Virus record (IMG/VR): IMGVR_UViG_3300003319_000229
Coordinates: 1-39,083 of that record
Length of the DNA stretch: 39,083 nt
Source: a virus
Reading direction: 5' to 3' (one strand)
Shown here: piece after piece, positions 32,434-39,083 of the stretch
Numbering within the stretch: position 1 is the first letter of the stretch
How the letters are laid out: every line of letters begins with the position of its first letter
Program-made: the position numbers and the translations under genes
The notes under the pieces: model-generated
The model's database searches: none
Seen by the model: the letters and a program-made list of their open reading frames with translations, nothing else
What the model was told of the DNA's origin: nothing

Positions 32434-34605
32434 ATGGCATTAGACGAACGATATATAGTTGCAAGCGACATCGAGCAATTTTTTGTCGATAAAGTTGATG
32501 GTCTTCCATTGGCAAACGGAAAGATAAAATTTTTCAAAGATATTGCGCGCACTGTGCCAAAAGCTGTTTTTCAGCTATCAGGTTCTCCCCCTGCTTATAC
32601 TTATACTTCCATGGGCTCTGTTATCACATTAAGTGCCGTTGGTACGGTACAAAATTCAGGTGGTGATAATGAAGTTATTTACTACTATCCCTATGATGAT
32701 GATGGTAATCTTGAGCTTTATTATATTCAAGTGTTTGACGAAAATGACGTGCCACAATTCACGCGTGAAGCATGGCCGAACATTACAAATGGAAGTGATC
32801 CAACACGCAATCAGGTGGGGTTGCACAATCAGATTTCAAATCCTACTTTCACAAACGTATTCATCAACGAAGATCGATCTACGACATTTTCGGTTTCTTC
32901 CGCAACAAATGAAGTGTTCGAGTTCGCGCCTAACTGGGATTTTGTTATTAGCGGTACAGGAAATGTAACGGTTCAACGGATAGCTGTTACAGGTAATGAT
33001 AAAGTTCCTACAAGCCCACCTTACATTTTAGACGTTCAAGTGGGAGCAGGTATCACAGCTTGTTATCTAAGACAGCGATATTTTTACAATTCAGGGCTAT
33101 GGGCTAGTACATCAAATGTCAGTTTGTTTTTATCCGGCAGTGTTTTAGTGCGTAATGAAAATTTAGGAACCACCGGTATTCAGATGTTTTATAACGAATC
33201 GAGTGGCGGCACTCCTGTGACGATCATCGATGGGACATTTGAATCAAGCTATAAAATTTTGACAGGAGCATCAACCGATGCAATTCCTTTATCTAATGAT
33301 ACGAATAGTGGCCGCGACGGCTTTGTTGATATTTATTTGTCTTTTACTTCAAACTCCCATGTAAGGGTAAGCGCCGTACAGGTTGTTCCAACGACTGGAA
33401 AATCCATTGACCTTACAAGTTTTGATTTAGATTCATCAAATCGAAATGAAGCTTTTCAAGGCGATTACTATATCCCGAGAAATAATTTCAAAAGAGTATC
33501 GAGTTATTTAGTCGGATGGGATTTTCCTTTAAATCCTTATCAGTTTGGAACATCGGGAAGTGTTGGAACAACAGCTGACTACATTGCAGATCAAACGATT
33601 GCATTAAGACAATCCGGCGGGGCTATCACTTATCAATTATCGGCAACCACTAACGGATTAACTTTTGTTTGCGCTGGAACAAATAATTCTTTTTATATTC
33701 AGCAATATTTAAGCGGTGCTGAAGTTAAAGCGATGATCGGCACGAGACTTTCCGTTAATGTATTTTCATACTTTGGCGCAGCAAACGATGCGGTAACAGC
33801 TAGAATATATTTGTATCGTGGAAGTTCTGCCGCAACTATCCCAACTCTTCCGACTAATATTGCAACGTTAGCGGTTGATGGAACCCTTACATTAACGGCC
33901 GCTAACTGGACATTGATACCAAGAAGTGGTCTTGATATTCCTACTTTTAATTTAAAGAAAATTTCTGACAACACAGAAATTAATAGCGGGCAGCATGATT
34001 ATGGATTTTCAGGGTGGGAAATTGTAGACGCGACTCAAATAGGTGATACCGACAAGTTTGCTATTTTTGTGACGTTCCATTATCCCGATGCATCGACACA
34101 GATAACAGTAAATTCTGTTTCGTTAATTTCGGGCGATATCCCATGCAGACCAGCGATTGAATCGAAAGATGAAGTATTGAGAAAGTGCCAATATTATTAT
34201 GAAAAAACATATTCTCCCAATACACCTATTGGGAGCATTACAGAAGTGGGAAATGTTATTCATAACGCGCCATTGGTGCTTAATGGAGGAAATGACGACC
34301 TTTATGCAAAAACTTTTTCTATAACTTATAAAACGGCAAAGCGTTCTACGCCAGATTTGAGTTTCTATTCTCCTACTTCTGCCACATTGAATTTAATTCA
34401 TTGTGTTATTACTGTGCCAGGAGGCGGCGACACTACTGCTAATCAACCATTTAATTCATTTTGGAATGCAATCGCTATAAATGAATATAGCGTTGAAATT
34501 GAAGCGATTAGCGCAACTCTTTTGCTTGCAAGAGCATATAACCTTGCAAATCAAGGTTATTACCAATTTCACTATGTAATAGATTCGAGACTCGGAATTG
34601 TTTAA
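32434..34605 (+). CDS. large tail fibre / tailspike-like protein (723 aa)
   Basis: Ser/Thr/Asn/Gly-rich beta-type composition. First gene of the fibre cluster. Confidence 0.5.
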   Translation: MALDERYIVASDIEQFFVDKVDGLPLANGKIKFFKDIARTVPKAVFQLSGSPPAYTYTSMGSVITLSAVGTVQNSGGDNEVIYYYPYDDDGNLELYYIQVFDENDVPQFTREAWPNITNGSDPTRNQVGLHNQISNPTFTNVFINEDRSTTFSVSSATNEVFEFAPNWDFVISGTGNVTVQRIAVTGNDKVPTSPPYILDVQVGAGITACYLRQRYFYNSGLWASTSNVSLFLSGSVLVRNENLGTTGIQMFYNESSGGTPVTIIDGTFESSYKILTGASTDAIPLSNDTNSGRDGFVDIYLSFTSNSHVRVSAVQVVPTTGKSIDLTSFDLDSSNRNEAFQGDYYIPRNNFKRVSSYLVGWDFPLNPYQFGTSGSVGTTADYIADQTIALRQSGGAITYQLSATTNGLTFVCAGTNNSFYIQQYLSGAEVKAMIGTRLSVNVFSYFGAANDAVTARIYLYRGSSAATIPTLPTNIATLAVDGTLTLTAANWTLIPRSGLDIPTFNLKKISDNTEINSGQHDYGFSGWEIVDATQIGDTDKFAIFVTFHYPDASTQITVNSVSLISGDIPCRPAIESKDEVLRKCQYYYEKTYSPNTPIGSITEVGNVIHNAPLVLNGGNDDLYAKTFSITYKTAKRSTPDLSFYSPTSATLNLIHCVITVPGGGDTTANQPFNSFWNAIAINEYSVEIEAISATLLLARAYNLANQGYYQFHYVIDSRLGIV

Positions 34606-34626
34606 TTTTTTAAAGGACTAAAATTT

Positions 34627-34986
34627 ATGATACCTACCCCTTATTTATCACAGCAACCAGTCGATGATTTTGGCCTGCGATTTGCAAATTTAAAATATAA
34701 CGCATCACTTGCTGCAACGACTGATACAACACTAACAGTTCCATCCGATGCACAGCGTTATAAAGCTGTCATGAAAGTAGAAAACAACGGACTTGTTTGG
34801 GTTGCGCTTAATGCAACAGCAGCGGTTCCAGTGGGTGGAACATTTGCATCAACTACTTCCGAGTTAATTAATGATGCAAAAAGTTTATGTCGAGAAGTCA
34901 AAGCAGGAGATGTTTTGCATTTTTATACAGCTACGGCAGGAACAGATGTGAGTGTTGTGTTCTATTCGTTAGGAACAAATAACTAG
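34627..34986 (+). CDS. hypothetical small structural protein (119 aa)
   Basis: ORF within the fibre cluster. Confidence 0.45.
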   Translation: MIPTPYLSQQPVDDFGLRFANLKYNASLAATTDTTLTVPSDAQRYKAVMKVENNGLVWVALNATAAVPVGGTFASTTSELINDAKSLCREVKAGDVLHFYTATAGTDVSVVFYSLGTNN

Positions 34987-35009
34987 TAATTTAATTCGAG
35001 GTGCCAAGG

Positions 35010-36152
35010 ATGGCTAACCTAAAATTTGATCAGTTTACTGATGGCGGAGAATGTCGCTTCGGCGATGTAGTTGTGGGATTAAGATCAAGCGATCTAGTCA
35101 ATAACTATAAATTTGCATTTCCGGGTCTTGGAATAAAAGATGTTTCCGGTAACTACATGCTTCAGTATGCCACTGCGGGTGTTTCTGCTGTTAATTATCC
35201 CAAGCTCATTAATTCTTTGACTGGAACCGCGGTCATCTACACGGCACAAGGCTCAGATACCGATATTGATATATCTATTCAGCCTAAAAATAATGGCGCA
35301 ATTATTTTAGATGAATTGACATGGCCAACATCGGACGGTGCAGCTGGAACATTTATTAAAACAGATGGCGCTGGGAATCTTAGCTTTACCTCCGCGCCCG
35401 TTGTAACAGATATAGAAGGCACGGCAAATCAAGTTTTAGTGAACGGAACTTCCGGAACACCTACGGGTGGATCGGTCATCTTAACAACGCCGCAAGATAT
35501 CGCTCCAACCAGCAGTGTGACATTTAATGATTTAACTCTTTCTTCTCCTTTGACGGGAGATAATGGTGGAACCGGATTAAGCTCACTTACTCCGAACGGA
35601 ATATTTTTTGGATTAGACACTGTCACATTTTCACAAGTGACACCTCAAAATAGCGCTGTTTTGGTAACTGATAATAGCGGAGTCCCAACGCTGACGCCCT
35701 CCCTTTCTAACGGTCAAATTGTTATAGGATCAACTGGCGGAACACCCACGCCCGCAACACTAACGGCTGGCACAGGTATTTCTATTACCAATGCCGCAGG
35801 GTCGATCACTATTGCGGCATCGGGAGGCGGCGAATCTTGGACGGAAGTTACAGGCACTTCTCAATCTATGGCTGTCGATCATGGATATATCGCAAACAAC
35901 GCAGGTCTTGTTACCCTCACTATTCCTGCAAGTGTCGCCATTGGGCAACAGTTTGAAATCGTTGGAAAAGGTGCAGGTGGATGGCTAGTTCAAGCTAACA
36001 CTGGGCAAACAATTTATTTTTCTACCGCTACATCGTCAGTGGCTGGATCAATTGCTTCAAGTCATCGCAGGGATTGCGTGGGAATTCGATGCATCACTGC
36101 TAACACTGAATTTGAGGTTTATTCATCCGTGGGATCACCGACCGTCGCATAA
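35010..36152 (+). CDS. tail fibre protein
   Basis: ATG at 35010 follows GAGGTG. Fibre-type motifs are present: GTANQVLVNGTSGTPTGG, LTGDNGGTGLSSLTPNG. Confidence 0.55.
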   Translation: MANLKFDQFTDGGECRFGDVVVGLRSSDLVNNYKFAFPGLGIKDVSGNYMLQYATAGVSAVNYPKLINSLTGTAVIYTAQGSDTDIDISIQPKNNGAIILDELTWPTSDGAAGTFIKTDGAGNLSFTSAPVVTDIEGTANQVLVNGTSGTPTGGSVILTTPQDIAPTSSVTFNDLTLSSPLTGDNGGTGLSSLTPNGIFFGLDTVTFSQVTPQNSAVLVTDNSGVPTLTPSLSNGQIVIGSTGGTPTPATLTAGTGISITNAAGSITIAASGGGESWTEVTGTSQSMAVDHGYIANNAGLVTLTIPASVAIGQQFEIVGKGAGGWLVQANTGQTIYFSTATSSVAGSIASSHRRDCVGIRCITANTEFEVYSSVGSPTVA

Positions 36153-36161
36153 GGATATGTT

Positions 36162-37697
36162 ATGGCAACTATGAACGCTGTAAGCACGACACTTTCTGGG
36201 CAATCCGGCACTGGATCATTTGCCGGTACTACTTCGCCTGTTTTTACAACACCAAATATCGGAACTCCGAGCGCGGGCACCCTGACAAGCTGCACTGGTT
36301 TGCCTATTTCAACAGGTGTCAGTGGTCTCGCGGCCAACATGGCGACATTTCTTGCAACACCCTCTAGCGCCAATCTTGCTGCAACGGTTACCGATGAGAC
36401 AGGTATAGGCTCTCTTGTTTTTGCAACGAGCCCTACGCTGGTAGCCCCTATATTGGGCACGCCCACCTCAGGAACTCTTACAAATTGTACTGGGTTACCT
36501 ATTAATGGCGTTACGGGTCTTGGCACGGGTGTTGGAACATTTTTAACTACACCTACTAGTTCAAATTTAGCTACGGCTGTGACCGATGAAACTGGATCTG
36601 GTTCTTTAGTCTTTGCGACTAGCCCAACCTTGGTTACACCTGCCCTTGGAACGCCTTCTAGCGGCACTTTAACGAGCTGTACGGGCTTGCCTATTAGTAC
36701 GGGTGTCAGCGGTCTTGGAACAGGGATTGCGACATTTCTTGCAACGCCGAGTAGCGCAAATTTAGCGAGCGCAGTAACGGACGAGACTGGTATAGGAGCT
36801 TTAGTTTTTGCTTCGGGGCCGACTTTGGTTGCACCAATTCTTGGAACGCCAGCGTCTGGAACTTTAACAAACTGCACAGGTCTCCCAATCAACGGCGTAT
36901 CGGGTCTCGGAACCGGGGTTGGCACTTTTTTAGTAACTCCGAGTAGCGCTAATCTTGCATCCGCCATGACAGATGAAACCGGAAGCGGTTCATTAGTATT
37001 TGCAACTTCCCCTACTTTGGTGACGCCTCTTTTGGGAACCCCAACTTCAGGTACGCTAACGAATTGTACGGGTTTACCAATAAGCACAGGGGTTAGTGGT
37101 TTAGGAACTGGTATAGCGACATTTTTGGCGACACCATCAAGTGCGAACTTGCTAACCGCAATGACGACAAAAACGGGCACGGGAAGTCTAACTTTTGCAA
37201 CAAGTCCGACTTTCACAACACCCGTACTTGGGGCAGCGTCTGCTACAAGCATTACGTTTACATCAACCACTGGAATTGTCGGTACCACTACAAATGATGA
37301 TGCAGCAACAGGAAGTGTTGGCGAATATTTAACGAATACTTCTAGCGGTATTTCATTAACAAATAATACTGATGCTAATACAGCGAGCATCTCGTTAACC
37401 GCTGGAGACTGGGATATATGGGGTCAGGTTGAATATAAACCGGGTGCCACTACAGTCACTACGGTAATTAAACATGGTATTACAACCACGTCTGGAACAT
37501 TACCAGCGTCTCCCGATGGTGGCTCATATTTTCAGCTGGCTGTTGCGTATACAGGAGCAACCAATATTGACCTTCCCGTTAATACTAGACGTCTTATTCT
37601 ATCTGGAACAACAACCGCTTATCTTGTTGTGAATTGTACTTTTTCAACAAGTACTTTAACGGCGGTGGGATTTCTTGCCGCAAGACGTGTTCGATAA
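36162..37697 (+). CDS. tail fibre protein with five 64/65-aa tandem repeats
   Basis: The unit GTPxSGTLT(N/S)CTGLPI...LATPSSANLA.AVTDETG.GSLVFATSPTLV.P.L is repeated. Confidence 0.65.
   Translation: MATMNAVSTTLSGQSGTGSFAGTTSPVFTTPNIGTPSAGTLTSCTGLPISTGVSGLAANMATFLATPSSANLAATVTDETGIGSLVFATSPTLVAPILGTPTSGTLTNCTGLPINGVTGLGTGVGTFLTTPTSSNLATAVTDETGSGSLVFATSPTLVTPALGTPSSGTLTSCTGLPISTGVSGLGTGIATFLATPSSANLASAVTDETGIGALVFASGPTLVAPILGTPASGTLTNCTGLPINGVSGLGTGVGTFLVTPSSANLASAMTDETGSGSLVFATSPTLVTPLLGTPTSGTLTNCTGLPISTGVSGLGTGIATFLATPSSANLLTAMTTKTGTGSLTFATSPTFTTPVLGAASATSITFTSTTGIVGTTTNDDAATGSVGEYLTNTSSGISLTNNTDANTASISLTAGDWDIWGQVEYKPGATTVTTVIKHGITTTSGTLPASPDGGSYFQLAVAYTGATNIDLPVNTRRLILSGTTTAYLVVNCTFSTSTLTAVGFLAARRVR
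36261..37229 (+). repeat. coding tandem repeat array, alternating 65-aa (ISTGVSGL) and 64-aa (INGV[TS]GL) units
   Basis: Units cover aa 34-98, 99-162, 163-227, 228-291 and 292-356, giving a higher-order period of 129 aa. Confidence 0.85.
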
Positions 37698-37730
37698 AAG
37701 GAATTTTATTTTTAACTCAAGGAGAGAGAA

Positions 37731-38483
37731 ATGCGTTTATTAAACTTTAATTTAAACTTAGCTGGCCAACCTGGATTAACACCTAAGTTCATCTTTTTTG
37801 ATACAAATGACACTGTTGCGCAGGTTACGACAGCTGGGTATCTCAATAATTTTGTTCAGCAAGGTAATAAAATCAGTGAAACCGACATGGCGGTAGTAGC
37901 TACTCGCGCTACGCCTAACGCTAAATCGGCAGCAGTTAACTTATTTAATGTGACATATTCGGGAGGAGATTGGTCTTTCACCTCGAACTCAACCCCATTG
38001 TCACTTGCTGATGGCCAGATTTTCGTAGGAAATTCAGGTGGTGTTGCAACAGGGGTCACTATGTCAGGAGATGCTACTATTTCTGATACAGGCGTTTTAA
38101 CAATAGCTAATCTTGCTGTAACAGCTGCTAAATTAGCGGCTAATGCTGTGACGACCGCTAAAATTCTTGATGCTAATGTTACAACCGCTAAAATCCTCGA
38201 TGCGAATGTTACTCTCGCTAAATTGGCTAGCGGTATCACTCCAAGTCATGTGGTTAAATTTGCAGGACTGCATACGACGGCGGGTGGAAGTGCGTCTGAA
38301 AGTTTTACCGTAACAGGAGCCGTAAGCGGGGACTTGCCATTTATCCAAATGATTGACAATGGAACAGCGAATGTTACTGTTGTTCAAGCAGCGGTTGGCA
38401 CTAATTTATTATCTGTAACATTTAGCGCCGATCCCGGGAATGATACTGTTATTGCTTACCAATTACTTCGTGCAGCGAGCTAA
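37731..38483 (+). CDS. tail fibre-like protein (250 aa)
   Basis: Contains LADGQIFVGNSGGVATGVTMSGDATISDTGVLTI plus a 10-aa repeat (V-T-x-A-K-[IL]-[LA]-x-x-N). Confidence 0.5.
   Translation: MRLLNFNLNLAGQPGLTPKFIFFDTNDTVAQVTTAGYLNNFVQQGNKISETDMAVVATRATPNAKSAAVNLFNVTYSGGDWSFTSNSTPLSLADGQIFVGNSGGVATGVTMSGDATISDTGVLTIANLAVTAAKLAANAVTTAKILDANVTTAKILDANVTLAKLASGITPSHVVKFAGLHTTAGGSASESFTVTGAVSGDLPFIQMIDNGTANVTVVQAAVGTNLLSVTFSADPGNDTVIAYQLLRAAS
38118..38237 (+). repeat. 4 x 30-nt coding tandem repeat
   Basis: The units encode VTAAKLAANA / VTTAKILDAN / VTTAKILDAN / VTLAKLASGI. Confidence 0.85.
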
Positions 38484-38868
38484 CGTTATACGTGGAACAT
38501 TAAAAAACGGTGAAATATCAGAGGCGTCTATTCAGGCATCAATACTTGAATGGGCGTCTATTGATCCTATAATTAAAAAATATAGGCGTTTTATTATTCA
38601 TTTTCCTAATGAAGGTAAACGCACGCGTTGGTATGGCGCCCATCTCAATCGTTTAGGAATGAGAAGGGGTGTTTCTGATATTTTTATAGCGGTTCCTCGA
38701 CATGGATTTGGTGGCGCATGGATTGAGCTTAAAAGTAAAAACGGTAAATTAACAGATGATCAAATAAAATTTATTGATGACATGAAATCTCAGAATTACT
38801 ACACTGAAGTGTGCCGGTCTTTTGAAGAGGCTCAAGCGAAAATCTTGGCGTATCTTCAGGGTCTATAG
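38440..38868 (+). CDS. VRR-NUC domain nuclease
   Basis: GVSDIFIAVPRHGFGGAWIELKSKNGKLTDDQIKFIDDMKSQNYYTEVCRSFEEA matches the VRR-NUC core (D...E-x-K, then Q). There is no in-frame ATG/GTG/TTG after the upstream stop, so the start at 38440 overlaps the fibre gene by 44 nt and is uncertain. Confidence 0.7.
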   Translation: MILLLLTNYFVQRANVIRGTLKNGEISEASIQASILEWASIDPIIKKYRRFIIHFPNEGKRTRWYGAHLNRLGMRRGVSDIFIAVPRHGFGGAWIELKSKNGKLTDDQIKFIDDMKSQNYYTEVCRSFEEAQAKILAYLQGL

Positions 38869-39083
38869 AGAAAAATTACAGTAAGTAAAAATCCTATGAT
38901 GAATGGTTTCATATTTATCCTTAATAAATGGGTTTATTTGATTCAGTATAGTATAGATCAATTTACTATTGAATAGTAAACCCTTACTAAAACAAATTGA
39001 ACGCTTGATCCTATAAGTATGTTTTCCCAATTAGAAAAATTAAAAATAGATTGAATCATTATCATAATACCAAAACCGAAAAT
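38849..39083. repeat. Terminal direct repeat, right copy (identical to 1..235)
   Basis: See the left copy. The repeat begins 20 nt before the VRR-NUC stop codon. Confidence 0.97.

Noticed and set aside
36119-37390. 423-aa minus-strand ORF, the second-longest ORF in this part of the window
   Set aside because: It is exactly antisense to the repeat region of the fibre gene 36162..37697. Its translation is a low-complexity Val/Pro/Gly/Lys repeat mirroring the sense repeats, and every neighbouring gene is on the plus strand. It is a stop-free antisense artefact of repetitive sequence.
1-39083. Alternative genetic code (TGA or TAG reassignment) across the genome
   Set aside because: Genes of 500-720 codons (terL, portal, hub, fibres) are uninterrupted under the standard code, and gene ends abut the next starts cleanly. 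The only suggestive site is the single TAG at 16630, which is reported separately.

Overview
The window is a complete tailed dsDNA phage genome. The unit length is 38,848 bp, and bases 1-235 recur exactly as 38849-39083. Layout: (i) 110-7033 is a very AT-rich leftward block of about 27 small, mostly unknown genes. It includes a metallophosphoesterase, an SSB, DUF551 proteins, a five-member paralog family and CxxCxGxG mini-proteins. It ends at an XRE-type repressor and a divergent control region (7034-7209). (ii) 7210-12364 is a rightward recombination/replication block with a Sak4-like ATPase, a DUF669-like protein and a replication initiator carrying an internal iteron origin. Two short leftward operons interrupt it (9284-10261 and 12403-13479). 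(iii) 13706-38868 holds packaging and morphogenesis genes: terS, a 3-kb insert of small genes, terL, portal, scaffold, major capsid, adaptor/hub, internal proteins and five fibre-like genes, then a VRR-NUC nuclease. The strongest non-routine signals are listed here. (a) An ORF-less 252-nt group I intron appears to split the major capsid gene (23443-23694). (b) A GC-rich structured island at 10262-10500 carries a 103-nt tRNA-like cloverleaf with a grossly extended anticodon arm, flanked by a 12-nt direct repeat. (c) A palindromic iteron array plus an AT-rich tandem repeat lies inside the replication gene. (d) A leftward accessory operon has a ribbon-helix-helix regulator and an elaborate operator region. 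(e) A two-gene module is duplicated in inverted orientation. I found no integrase, DNA polymerase, canonical tRNA, CRISPR array or recognisable endolysin. All protein calls rest on motifs read by eye from the translations, and none was confirmed by a search.
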